Positions 11,815-21,344 of a DNA stretch of 64,000 bases are shown here, one piece after another. Source of the DNA: Myxococcota bacterium (lineage in GTDB: Bacteria; Myxococcota_A; Polyangia; Nannocystales; Nannocystaceae). Positions within the stretch are counted from its first letter, which is position 1, and every line of letters begins with the position of its first letter. The position numbers and the translations under genes are program-made. Location of the stretch: contig JBCCHT010000029.1 of assembly GCA_039028615.1 (NCBI GenBank), positions 64,001-128,000 on the forward strand, given 5' to 3'. The notes under the pieces were generated by a model, which ran no database searches, had not been told where the DNA came from, and saw nothing but the letters and a program-made list of their open reading frames with translations.

Positions 11815-12640
11815 GCGCCTGAGCCTGGTGGCCGTGGCGCTGCTGCTCGGCGGCGGCTGCATCATTCCCGATCGAGGCATCCGCAACGAGAGCGACGACG
11901 ACAACCCGGGGGCGGTTCGCATCGTCGAGTCCATCCCCGTGCTCGACGAACTCGTCAGCAGCTGCCGGCGCGAAGAAGCCGAGGACGAGGAAATCCTCAA
12001 CTGCCCGCAGGTCCCGCCCGGACTCGTCCAGGGGGTCATTCCCGGGGGGCCCTACTGCTCGTGTCCCGGTCGTGACGGCAACACCCTGCCCGAGTTTTCG
12101 ATCTACGCCGAGGATCCCGACCGCATCAACGACGAGCCCACCGACGTGCTCTATGCCGTCGCGTTGCTCGACCTCGATCCGCTCACCGAGTCCCCGCAGA
12201 CCTTCGTCGCCTACCCCGAGCACCTCACGCCGGGCGGACCGGGGGAGTACATCGGCGCGAACTCCCGCGGCTTCGGGGCGGACGATGTGCCGCTGGGCTC
12301 GTCGGTAGGCCGCGAAGACAATGGCCTGTGGCAGTTTCGGTTCGGCAAGGATCGCGGCGAAGGCGTCGACCTATGCAACGACGACAACGGCGAGACCCAG
12401 ACGCCGGGGCTGCACAACCTCCAGATCATGGTGACCGACCGCCCCTTCTTTCAGCCCCAGCGGCTGGATGAAAACGGCGATCCGCAGCTCGACGCCAGCG
12501 GCAACCCCCTGCTGCTCAACGCGCAGTACGGCATGCCCGACCTGGCGATCGGGGCCACGTGGGCGGTGGCCAACTTCGTGTTTTCCTGCGAAGACCCGGC
12601 GGAAGAACCAGCCTGCAACTGCATCGAGGGCGCCCCATGA
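11804..12640 (+). CDS. Cys-containing lipoprotein of unknown function (paralog 2)
   Basis: GTG start; RRRLSLVAVALLLGGG-C lipoprotein signal; shares CIIPD, GAVRIVE, EDPD, VDLCND, PGLH, VTDRP, GMPDLA and CNC with the previous gene. Confidence 0.88.
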   Translation: MSRRRLSLVAVALLLGGGCIIPDRGIRNESDDDNPGAVRIVESIPVLDELVSSCRREEAEDEEILNCPQVPPGLVQGVIPGGPYCSCPGRDGNTLPEFSIYAEDPDRINDEPTDVLYAVALLDLDPLTESPQTFVAYPEHLTPGGPGEYIGANSRGFGADDVPLGSSVGREDNGLWQFRFGKDRGEGVDLCNDDNGETQTPGLHNLQIMVTDRPFFQPQRLDENGDPQLDASGNPLLLNAQYGMPDLAIGATWAVANFVFSCEDPAEEPACNCIEGAP

Positions 12641-15036
12641 GCGTGCGCGCCAAGGCGTTGCCCGCGGCCATGCTGCTGGCGCTGGGGTGCAGCAGCGCGG
12701 CCGAGCCCCCCGTCACCGAGGAGTGCAAGGCGGACACCGACTGCACCGAAGGGTTCGTGTGCGCGGTCGACCAGGGGCGCTGCCTGCCCGGCAACGAGGC
12801 GGCACCGCGGGCCCACCTGGGCTTCGACATCCGCGAGCGCGCGGCGGGCCAGATCCGCTTCCGCGTGGAGGTCGATGGCTGCGATTGCCTCGTGCAAGAG
12901 GCCCAGAACATCCGTGAGCTTTCATTGTCGCGGGCGCTGGTCAGTCAGTTCATCGACCTGGGCGTCAGCACCACCAGCGACGTCATGGCTCCGCTCACGG
13001 GGCGCTTCGAGCTGACCCAGTCGTCGCGCTACGGCCAGCTCCCCTCCCCTCAGTTCATCCTCAACTATCCCACCGTCGACGACGGCACCATGAGCGCGGT
13101 CCCGACCGTGCTCCGCTGGCCTCGCTATCACCCGCTGGACGAGGACCCGCCCGAAGACGTCATCTTGTGGGAGATCGAGCCCGAGGAAGACCTCGCGCTG
13201 CGCTACCACGGCTTGGCCCTGCCCACCCATCGCACCGACGACGACGCCGAGTGCTTCCAGGACTCCGATTGCTGCGAGGTCCCCGGCGAGTGCGACCCGT
13301 GGCCCAACTTCTGCGATCAGAGCGTGGGCCGTTGCACCGCCATCGGCTCGCCGGAGTGGATCTATCGCTATCCCTACGAGACGGCGTGCAGCCGCGCGGT
13401 CGAAGGCAACGTGGTGACCTTCGACGCGCTCAGCGACCCGCCGATGGGCGCAGTGCCCCTGGCCGATGCCACGGTGCAGTTTCGCTACGCGGACCCGCCC
13501 GGGGAGCGGTTTGGCATTCCCGTGTTCCAGGAGAGCGCCCCCGAAGACCGCCCCCCCGAGTGCGCGAGCGATGCCGCGTGCGACGAGCCCAACGAGTACT
13601 GCGATCTGGACACCAACCAGTGCTTCGTCGCGCTGGCGGGCCGAGCCGCGGACGACGGCACACCGACCATCGACGGCACCTTCCGAACCCAGGTCTACAC
13701 CTACTGCGACGGCGCGGCTCAGGCCTCCCAGGCCCGACACTACGGCGTGACCATTCAGCCGGCCGGGGCTCGCCCGCAGCCGACCGTCGACTACATCCTC
13801 GACGCCACCTTCTTCCCTGCCCCCGAGGGCTCGGTTTTCCAGGTGGGCGCCGACTTCTGCGTGCCCGACTGGGGCGAGCCAGTCTCCCTCGAGCTCGAGC
13901 TGACCGGCCCTCCGCGCGTCTTGGTAGGCACGGGCGACCAGGCCTACAGCTGCTGCGACATCGGGTGCCTCCCGGCCACGGCCGAGGACCTCGAGGGCGC
14001 CGAGCCCCCGATGGAGCCCGCCAACTGCGACGAGCGCACCAGCACGGGCGAGGTCGCATCGGTCGACGTGAGCACCGACTTCGTGCTCGACGTCGAGCTC
14101 ATCACCGCGTGGAACGAGGCCGACTGCGTGACGCCCGACATCGACGCGCTCGGGCAGGCGGGCAGCCTCGAGCTCGCCGCCAACTGTGCGACCGTCGATG
14201 CCCCCTGCGTCGTCGAGAACATGGCGCTCGGCAGCGAGGAGACGCCGCGGGTCTACGAGGTTCGGGTCGAGTCTCCGGTCGGGTCCGTGCTCGCCTCCGG
14301 GGACTTCAACATCGAGCTCGACGGGGAGCAGCCCGAGCTGCAGACCCTCACCCTCGGGCCCCGGGTGCTGGTGACCGGGACGGTCGACGTGGACGCCACC
14401 ATCTGCGGGCGGCGCGAGTCGGGCGAAGACTGCGCAGCCCGAGAGGCCATCGTGGTCGCTGAACGTCTGCGCATGCCCGACGAGCCCGACGGCAGCGTGC
14501 CCGGGCCCTACATCCACACCGTGTCGACGTATCACGACCCCGTCGCCGGACGAGACGGGGCCTTCGTGCTGCCCCTCGATCCCGGCGGGGTCTATGCCGT
14601 GACCGCGCTGCCCGCGGCCGGTGCCGAAGGCGGTCCCGCGCGATTCGCCGTGGTCAACCTGAGGGACGACGCCTCGGACCCGCCGACCAACCTGAGCCTC
14701 ACCCTCGAAGAGGGGGTCATCGTCACCCTCAACCTCGACGGCTTCGATCAACGGACCTCCATGGTCCCGGTGGACCGCGGCAGCTACCTGACCGATGGGA
14801 TGCGACTCGAGCACCCCGGGCGCACGGGTACTGCGGATCCGTTCATTGATTTCAATCGCATCGGCGAGTGCTGGACCTCCGAAGACGAAGCCCCGCGGGC
14901 GTGCGAGATCCGGCGACTGATCCCCCCCGAATCCAGCCTGTCCCGCAGCCAGGTCGGCGTGGTCCGGTTTACGGCCCGACGCTCCGATCAGGCCGGATGC
15001 TCGCAGAGCTGCCCCGCACCCGTCGCGGAACCCTGA
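12637..15036 (+). CDS. Large acidic Cys-rich lipoprotein (799 aa)
   Basis: ATGA overlap with the upstream gene; LLALG-C lipobox; repeated CxxDxDC-type modules (CKADTDCTEGFVC, CFQDSDCC, CASDAACDEPNEYC). Confidence 0.88.
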   Translation: MSVRAKALPAAMLLALGCSSAAEPPVTEECKADTDCTEGFVCAVDQGRCLPGNEAAPRAHLGFDIRERAAGQIRFRVEVDGCDCLVQEAQNIRELSLSRALVSQFIDLGVSTTSDVMAPLTGRFELTQSSRYGQLPSPQFILNYPTVDDGTMSAVPTVLRWPRYHPLDEDPPEDVILWEIEPEEDLALRYHGLALPTHRTDDDAECFQDSDCCEVPGECDPWPNFCDQSVGRCTAIGSPEWIYRYPYETACSRAVEGNVVTFDALSDPPMGAVPLADATVQFRYADPPGERFGIPVFQESAPEDRPPECASDAACDEPNEYCDLDTNQCFVALAGRAADDGTPTIDGTFRTQVYTYCDGAAQASQARHYGVTIQPAGARPQPTVDYILDATFFPAPEGSVFQVGADFCVPDWGEPVSLELELTGPPRVLVGTGDQAYSCCDIGCLPATAEDLEGAEPPMEPANCDERTSTGEVASVDVSTDFVLDVELITAWNEADCVTPDIDALGQAGSLELAANCATVDAPCVVENMALGSEETPRVYEVRVESPVGSVLASGDFNIELDGEQPELQTLTLGPRVLVTGTVDVDATICGRRESGEDCAAREAIVVAERLRMPDEPDGSVPGPYIHTVSTYHDPVAGRDGAFVLPLDPGGVYAVTALPAAGAEGGPARFAVVNLRDDASDPPTNLSLTLEEGVIVTLNLDGFDQRTSMVPVDRGSYLTDGMRLEHPGRTGTADPFIDFNRIGECWTSEDEAPRACEIRRLIPPESSLSRSQVGVVRFTARRSDQAGCSQSCPAPVAEP

Positions 15037-15052
15037 TTGGTCCTAAAATCGT

Positions 15053-15520
15053 GTGCAGGCGCACGCTTCGTCAGCACACACCGCCCCAGGGTTGACCAGC
15101 GGGTGGGCCCAGGTGGATGATGCCCGCGTACTGAAGGGTTCTGAGTCACCCCGAGGCCTTCGGCTCTCGACGTGGGTGCGAGTCATCGCAATCGTCGGCG
15201 CAATCCTTTACGGAGTCGTCGGCATTTCGCTCGGACTTGCGCAGCAACGATCTGGCCTCGCCCCCGGCGAGGTCGATTGCCCCTATCGCGTACGGCTCAT
15301 TCGCGACCGTGTGGTGGCCCTGACCCAGCGATCCCCCAGCTTCCGCGACGGGGACCCGCAAGACGATGTCGTCCTCAATCTCATCCGCGAGACTCAGGCA
15401 GCCTGCACCGCAGACGCCGCCAGCATGCAGACCCTCGAGAAAATCGAGGCGCAGCTGCAGGCGCATGTCGAGCATGGTGCTCTGGAATCGGAGATACGCC
15501 GTGAGCTGCTCGCGCTCTAG
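15053..15520 (+). CDS. Small hypothetical single-TM protein
   Basis: TM WVRVIAIVGAILYGVVGISLGLA followed by a helical domain with two Cys; fills the gap between co-oriented genes. Start uncertain. Confidence 0.65.
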   Translation: MQAHASSAHTAPGLTSGWAQVDDARVLKGSESPRGLRLSTWVRVIAIVGAILYGVVGISLGLAQQRSGLAPGEVDCPYRVRLIRDRVVALTQRSPSFRDGDPQDDVVLNLIRETQAACTADAASMQTLEKIEAQLQAHVEHGALESEIRRELLAL

Positions 15521-15531
15521 GAATTCCTCCA

Positions 15532-18500
15532 ATGGCCACTACGCCAAAGACCGGAGAGCAGGCCCAGGCCGCCTCCGGTACCGACAATTCTTCCTCGGCC
15601 CTCCCGGCTGAATCCACCCCCGCCCCCTCGACCGACGCCGCCCCCGAAGCGGAAGCCAACGCTTCTGCTGAGGAAGTCACGGCTACCGAGGTCGAGGACA
15701 TCTTCGCCGAGCCGACCGAGACGGTCACGCAAGCGGCCCCCGCCGAGCCCGAAGCGGCCCAGGATGCACCCACTCAGGCTGCGCCCGAGGTCGATGCACC
15801 CGTCGAGCCCGAAGCCGACGAAACGGCCGAGGCGTCGTCGGAGGCACCCGCCGACTCGCCGACCCAGGCCCCCGCGGAGCCCGAAGCCGAGGCCAGCGCG
15901 GAGCAGTCCACTGACTCGCCCGCCCAGACCGCGGCCGACTCGGAAGAGTCCTCCGCCGACGGTGCCGACGATTCGGCCAACTCGGACGAAGAGGCTCCCG
16001 CCGAGCCCGAGCTCCCCGCGTCGTTCACCGACCTCGACCTGCCGGACGAGATTTCCCGCGGCGTCACCACCATCGGCTGGGACAAGCCCACCGCCGTCCA
16101 GTCGCTGACCTTCGCCGCGGTGAGCGCGGGACGCGATGTGCTGGTGCAGTCGCAGACCGGCTCCGGCAAGACGGGCGCGTTCTGTCTCCCCTGGCTGGCC
16201 AAGCGCTTCGACAACACCGACGCCGCCGAAACGGGAGTCCAGCTGTTGGTGCTCACGCCCACCCGCGAGCTCGCCAAGCAGGTCTGCGACCAGCTCGAGC
16301 AGCTCGGGCAGTACACCAGCGTGCGCACCCTGCCCGTCTACGGCGGCACCGCGATGCAGCCGCAGCTGCAGGCGCTCCGCGATGGCGTGCACGCGGTCGT
16401 CGGCACCCCGGGCCGGATCCTCGACCACATTCGCCGCCGCTCGCTCAAGCTCGACAAGGTCCGCATGGCGGTCCTCGACGAGGCGGACGAGATGCTCTCG
16501 ATGGGCTTCCTCGAGGACATCCACTCGATCCTCGACGCCTGCTCCACCGAGCGCCAGACCTGCCTGTTCTCGGCCACCGTGCCCCCCGACATCGAGCGCA
16601 TCGCCCGTCGGTACATGCGCGATCCCGAGTCGGTCATGCTCTCGGGCGATCAGGTCGCCGCCGCCGAGATCAAGCACGTCTATTACCAGGTCTCCGGCAC
16701 GATCAAGGTCCGGGCGCTGCTCGACATGGTCGCGATCGAGGAGCCGCCCAACGCCCTGGTCTTCTGCAACACGCGCGAAGAGACCTACGTCGTGGCCTCG
16801 GCCCTGCGCCGCGAGGGCTGCAACGCCGAGCCCCTGTCCAGCGACCTGACCCAGGCCGCGCGCGAGAGCGTCATGGGCCGCATGCGCGCGGGGCAGCTGC
16901 GCTTCCTCGTGGCCACCGACGTGGCCAGCCGCGGCATCGACATCTCCCATATCGGGCACGTCATCAACTACTCGTTCCCGGAGAACGCCGAGAGCTACGT
17001 GCACCGCACCGGTCGTACCGGTCGAGCCGGGCGCCCGGGCGTGGCGATCAGCCTCATCGCGCCCAAGGAGATCGGCAATCACTACTACCTCAAGCTGCAG
17101 TACCCCTCGATCGTGTTCGAGGAGCGCAGCTTGCCGCCCGCCGAGGAGCTCAACGCCCAGCGGGTGCAGAACAAGCTCGACTACATCTCGCGGCTCTTCC
17201 CCGAGCTGGTGGCGCCCGAGTGGACGCTGCTGACGCGGAACCTCGTGTCCGACCCACGCGGCGAGCAGGTGGTCGCCTATCTCCTCAAAGAGGCGATGAC
17301 CCGAGTCACCCAGCGCCCGTCGGGCGACGAGGACGAGGACATGCGCCGCCCCCGAAGCGATGGCGACATGCGAGGGCGCGGCCGTCGGGATCGCGACGAC
17401 CGAGGCCGAGGCCGTGGGCGTGGCCGGTTCGATGACGAGCGTGGCGACGGTGAGCATCGACGTCGGCATCATCGGGGCGAAGGGGACGATGCCGCCGAGG
17501 GAGAGCCCCGCGGGCGGTTCGAGGAAGAGGGCGAGTCGGGCCGGTACTCCCGTCGCGGCCCTCGACGCGATGAAGAAGGCGGGCGACGCCCGCGAAGGTT
17601 CCGGGACGACTCCGGCCCGGGTGGCGAAGACGGTGATCGACGCCGCCGACGGCACCGCGACGACGAAGGGGCCGAGGACGGCGGACGACGTCGACGGCGG
17701 CACCGCGGCGACGACGAGGCCTCGGGCTCCGAAGAGGGTGAGCGTCGGCGACGGCGACACCGAGACGACGAGCGCGGGCGCGACGAGGACTCGGATCGGT
17801 CTGGCCGTCGCGGTCGACGACGCCGGGAGCGTTCATCCGAGGAAGCCGAGACTTCGTCCGCGGATGCGGAGACGGAGGCCAAGGCTCCGACCGAGGGCGA
17901 CGAGGCCGCCGAGTCGGGTGCAGAACAGGTCGCGCCCGAGCAGGAGGCCCCGCGGGAAGAAGGCCGTCGCAGCCGGGGTCGACGACGCCGCAATCGAGGG
18001 TCCGACCGGCGGGACACGGAAGACGGCGAGGGAGAACCTCGCTCGCGGCGTCGCCGTAGTCGATCGGCCGAGGCCGAGGATTCGGGGGATGCTCCGAGCG
18101 GAGAGACGGCCAGCGACGACGCTCCGAGCAGCGACGCAGAGCCCGAGCAAAGCGCCGCGCCGAGTGACGAGAGCACGACGGAACCGGCGGCCGAAGCTTC
18201 GACCGACGAGGCGGTGACGGCTGCGCCCGAGGCTACGTCGGAAGACACCGCGGAGACCGAGACCGCAGCGACGACCGAGCCGGGTGAAACCGAGGTCCAG
18301 GCCGAGGCCAGCGAGTCCGAGACGTCGACCGCCGAGGACGAGACCTCTGCCGACGCCGACGCCACCGAAGGGGCTCAAACCGCCGCCGCAGACGGCGAAG
18401 AGTCCGAGGGACGCCCCTCGGGCCGCCGACGCCGACGTCGACGTCGTCGTCGGCGCAGCGAAGGCGACGACGAAGCGGCCTCCGGCGAGCGCGATGAGGC

Positions 18501-20235
18501 AGGCGCTGCGGCCCCGACCGAGACGACGACCTCCACCCCTCCGCTGGAGCCGCTCGAGGGGGAAGACCACGGCAACACCATCGAGGCCGACGGTGAAACC
18601 GCCGACGGCGTAGAGACCGTCGAGGCCGACGCGGGGACCGAGGAGATTGCCGATCCCGGCACCATGACCGGTGTGGCTGGCCGACGTCGCCGTCGTCGCC
18701 GACGTCGACGCGGGCGTGGTCGTGGCGAAGACGAGGGGGAAAGCTCCACCGAAGGACGCGAGTCCGCCGAGGGCTCGGAGGCCGCCGCCGATGGCGAAGC
18801 TGCACCCAACGACTCCAACGAGGAGCAGCCCGAAGGAGACGGCAAGCGCCGTCGTCGTCGACGTCGCGGTGGTCGCCGTCGCTCCGGCCGCGGAGGCGAA
18901 GGCCGCGACTCCGAGGGCCGTTCGGCCGAGGTGGCCCCCGCTCCCATCGCGCCGCACGTCTCTCAAGAAGAGATCGTCATCGACATCGACGAGGCTGAGC
19001 TGGACGTCGTGCGAGACGAGTTCGGTGAGATCGACGAACTCGACGAGCTGACCCTCAAGGGGCGCCGCCGGGGCGTCATGGAGTCGCTGCAAGACGAGGT
19101 CGAACTCGAGGACCTGTCCGACGCGGATGCCGAGGCGGCCGCGAAACAAGAAGCCAGCGAGGACGAAGAGGCCGATGACGAGGCGGGTGAAGAGACCGCG
19201 GGCGACGAGGCCAAGGACGAGGACGATGCGTCGTCCGAGGACGGCGAAGCGGCCACCGAAGGCGCGGAGGCCGAGGACCCGCGCGAAGCCAAGAAGCGCA
19301 AGCGTCGACGACGACGTCGTCGCAAGAAGCCGGCTCCGCCCCCGCCCGAGCTCACCGCCCCGCCGCACAAGGATTTCTGGGAAGTCTGGGCCGGCAAGTT
19401 CACCTATCAAGACTTCGAGGACGACGTGTACTTGGGCGGCACCGCGGCGGTGGTCGAGGAGCCCGAGCCCGCCCCCGCGCCCCCTCCCCCGTCGATGCCC
19501 GCCATCGAGGACGAGGACACCTTCGTGCGCGTGCGCCTGAACATCGGGCGTAAGCACGGCAAGAAGGCCGCCCACATTCGCGAGCTGCTCGCAGAGAGCT
19601 TTGGGCTCGCCCGCAAGGCCGTTCGCGATCTGACGGTCGGCGAAGCCAGCTCCCGGTTCCGACTGGGTTCCAAGGCCCTGACCAAGCTCGAGGAACTCGT
19701 CGAGGGCTTCGTTCTCGAGGGACACGCGCTGACCGTGACGCGCATCGAGCCCAAGGGTGAGAGCAAGGCCAAGGCGGACAAGTCGAAGGCCAAGGCTGCC
19801 GACAAAGCGAGCGCGGAGCCGAAGGAGGCCAGCCCCGCCGAGGAGGCGAGCGCCGAGCCCGAGGCTGGTGCGGCCGCCGAAGCGGAGACCGAGGCAGCGC
19901 CCGCCCTCGACGCTCCGACCGAACGCAGCGACGACGCTCCCGAGGCGGTCGCGGCCGAGCCGACCGAGGAGTCCGCAGCCGCGGCCGAGGTCGCCCAGGC
20001 GCCCGTAGAGCCGGCCGTCGAGGCCGAGGCTACCGAAGCCGATGCTCCCGCGGATCCCGAGCCCGAACCGGCTCAGGAAGCCGAGGCCGCGGCCGAGGTC
20101 ACCCAGGCTCCGGTCGACGACGCTGCCGCCGAGCCCGTCGAGGACGAAGCCGCTGCAACCGAGCCCGCCGAGGCGGACTCTCCCGTGCAGCAGGACGACG
20201 AAGCGGCGGAGCCCGACCAGAGCGCAGCGAAATGA
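15532..20235 (+). CDS. DEAD-box RNA helicase (DeaD/CsdA-like) with very long acidic/Arg-rich extensions and a DbpA-type RNA-binding domain, 1567 aa
   Basis: Q motif GWDKPTAVQ, SQTGSGKT, PTRELA, TPGR, DEAD, SAT, TDVASRGID, YVHRTGRTGRAG; late DbpA-like segment FVRVRLNIGRKHG. Confidence 0.95.
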   Translation: MATTPKTGEQAQAASGTDNSSSALPAESTPAPSTDAAPEAEANASAEEVTATEVEDIFAEPTETVTQAAPAEPEAAQDAPTQAAPEVDAPVEPEADETAEASSEAPADSPTQAPAEPEAEASAEQSTDSPAQTAADSEESSADGADDSANSDEEAPAEPELPASFTDLDLPDEISRGVTTIGWDKPTAVQSLTFAAVSAGRDVLVQSQTGSGKTGAFCLPWLAKRFDNTDAAETGVQLLVLTPTRELAKQVCDQLEQLGQYTSVRTLPVYGGTAMQPQLQALRDGVHAVVGTPGRILDHIRRRSLKLDKVRMAVLDEADEMLSMGFLEDIHSILDACSTERQTCLFSATVPPDIERIARRYMRDPESVMLSGDQVAAAEIKHVYYQVSGTIKVRALLDMVAIEEPPNALVFCNTREETYVVASALRREGCNAEPLSSDLTQAARESVMGRMRAGQLRFLVATDVASRGIDISHIGHVINYSFPENAESYVHRTGRTGRAGRPGVAISLIAPKEIGNHYYLKLQYPSIVFEERSLPPAEELNAQRVQNKLDYISRLFPELVAPEWTLLTRNLVSDPRGEQVVAYLLKEAMTRVTQRPSGDEDEDMRRPRSDGDMRGRGRRDRDDRGRGRGRGRFDDERGDGEHRRRHHRGEGDDAAEGEPRGRFEEEGESGRYSRRGPRRDEEGGRRPRRFRDDSGPGGEDGDRRRRRHRDDEGAEDGGRRRRRHRGDDEASGSEEGERRRRRHRDDERGRDEDSDRSGRRGRRRRERSSEEAETSSADAETEAKAPTEGDEAAESGAEQVAPEQEAPREEGRRSRGRRRRNRGSDRRDTEDGEGEPRSRRRRSRSAEAEDSGDAPSGETASDDAPSSDAEPEQSAAPSDESTTEPAAEASTDEAVTAAPEATSEDTAETETAATTEPGETEVQAEASESETSTAEDETSADADATEGAQTAAADGEESEGRPSGRRRRRRRRRRRSEGDDEAASGERDEAGAAAPTETTTSTPPLEPLEGEDHGNTIEADGETADGVETVEADAGTEEIADPGTMTGVAGRRRRRRRRRRGRGRGEDEGESSTEGRESAEGSEAAADGEAAPNDSNEEQPEGDGKRRRRRRRGGRRRSGRGGEGRDSEGRSAEVAPAPIAPHVSQEEIVIDIDEAELDVVRDEFGEIDELDELTLKGRRRGVMESLQDEVELEDLSDADAEAAAKQEASEDEEADDEAGEETAGDEAKDEDDASSEDGEAATEGAEAEDPREAKKRKRRRRRRRKKPAPPPPELTAPPHKDFWEVWAGKFTYQDFEDDVYLGGTAAVVEEPEPAPAPPPPSMPAIEDEDTFVRVRLNIGRKHGKKAAHIRELLAESFGLARKAVRDLTVGEASSRFRLGSKALTKLEELVEGFVLEGHALTVTRIEPKGESKAKADKSKAKAADKASAEPKEASPAEEASAEPEAGAAAEAETEAAPALDAPTERSDDAPEAVAAEPTEESAAAAEVAQAPVEPAVEAEATEADAPADPEPEPAQEAEAAAEVTQAPVDDAAAEPVEDEAAATEPAEADSPVQQDDEAAEPDQSAAK

Positions 20236-21176
20236 ACGAGCACGCGCTGGCGCCCTACCGGTCGCCCGAGCAGCGTCGCGCCGCCCTGCGCGACGCTGCC
20301 CTCGCGGCCGGAGGCGAGCTGGTGCCCTACGGTCAGAGCGTCGATGGTGAGGCGCTCGAGGCCGTGCGCGTGCCTTGCTCGACCCCGGACGCCCCGCGGG
20401 TGATGTGCTCGGCCAACATTCACGGACCCGAGTGGATTGGCTGCGAGCTCGCCCTCGCTCTGCTGCGTGCCCGCGGTGAGGCCGACTCATCCGCGCATGC
20501 CCTGGGCCAACGCGTAGAGCTTTGGGTCATCCCCTGCCTCAATCCCGACGGCTATCGACGCACCTGGGAGCAGCACGGCGTGGGCCCCCTGTCCGACCTG
20601 CGTACGAACGCCAACGGCGTCGACCTGAATCGCAACTACCCGTTACCCGGTGGTGCTCGACGACGAGCGTTGCCCGGTGCCGGCTCGAAGACCCCGGGGG
20701 ATGCGACCTACGCCGGATCCGCCCCGCTGTCGGAACCAGAGACCGCCGCCTTCGATCGGCTCTGCGCCGAGCAGCGCTTTCACGCCAGCACCAACTGTCA
20801 CTCGTTCATGGGCACGCTGATCCCGGCGCGGGTCACCGATCGTGCGTGTTTCCGTCGCTACAAGCAGCTGTGCCGCGCGTTCTTTGATGCCCAACCGAAG
20901 CGCCGCTACCGGAGGCTCTCGGCGCGGGTCTTCGACGTGTTCACCGGAGAGCAGGAAGACCACCAGCACCACGTGCACGACACCTGGGCGGTCTGTGTCG
21001 AGACGCTGCCCGTGCTGGCCAGCTATCGCCAGCACCTGCGGGCGCCTTCGACGTTCTGGCGCTTCAATCCCCATCAGCCGCAGGCATGGATCGACAACGA
21101 CCTGCCCGGGCTCGTCGCGTGGCTGAGTGCGGCCATCGACGTTCCTCGCCCGTCGGCGGTGGCAAGCCGAGCCTGA
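20232..21176 (+). CDS. M14 family zinc carboxypeptidase
   Basis: HGPE (HxxE), CLNPDG, NANGVDLNRNY, SEPET and NCHSF motifs; ATGA overlap with the helicase. Confidence 0.9.
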   Translation: MNEHALAPYRSPEQRRAALRDAALAAGGELVPYGQSVDGEALEAVRVPCSTPDAPRVMCSANIHGPEWIGCELALALLRARGEADSSAHALGQRVELWVIPCLNPDGYRRTWEQHGVGPLSDLRTNANGVDLNRNYPLPGGARRRALPGAGSKTPGDATYAGSAPLSEPETAAFDRLCAEQRFHASTNCHSFMGTLIPARVTDRACFRRYKQLCRAFFDAQPKRRYRRLSARVFDVFTGEQEDHQHHVHDTWAVCVETLPVLASYRQHLRAPSTFWRFNPHQPQAWIDNDLPGLVAWLSAAIDVPRPSAVASRA

Positions 21177-21238
21177 GTGGGCCGCGCCGACCACCCACGG
21201 TGACCCAGGCCACCCGGCCGTGTGTCGTCTCGCTCCCC

Positions 21239-21265
21239 CGGATTCGGCCTTGCAGGCTGAATCCG
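21239..21265 (+). terminator. Hairpin after the M14 peptidase gene
   Basis: CGGATTCGGCCT-TGC-AGGCTGAATCCG, a 12-bp stem with one G-U pair; no U tail. Confidence 0.45.
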
Positions 21266-21302
21266 AGACATTCGTCGTGAGGTGCCCTGAGATTCCTCTT
21301 TT

Positions 21303-21337
21303 TTGATTTTGACTTCCTTTTTCAATTGAGTCATATC
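21303..21337 (+). promoter_or_regulatory. AT-rich Fur-box-like element overlapping a candidate sigma70 promoter
   Basis: TTGATTTTGACTTCCTTTTTCAA (TTGA...TCAA arms) in a GC-rich background; TTGACT-N17-CATATC; downstream gene family is iron-associated. Confidence 0.5.
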
Positions 21338-21344
21338 GGGCGAA

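Noticed and set aside
15517..20490. Long minus-strand ORFs (747 and 885 aa)
   Set aside because: Antisense to the DEAD-box helicase; no recognisable motifs.
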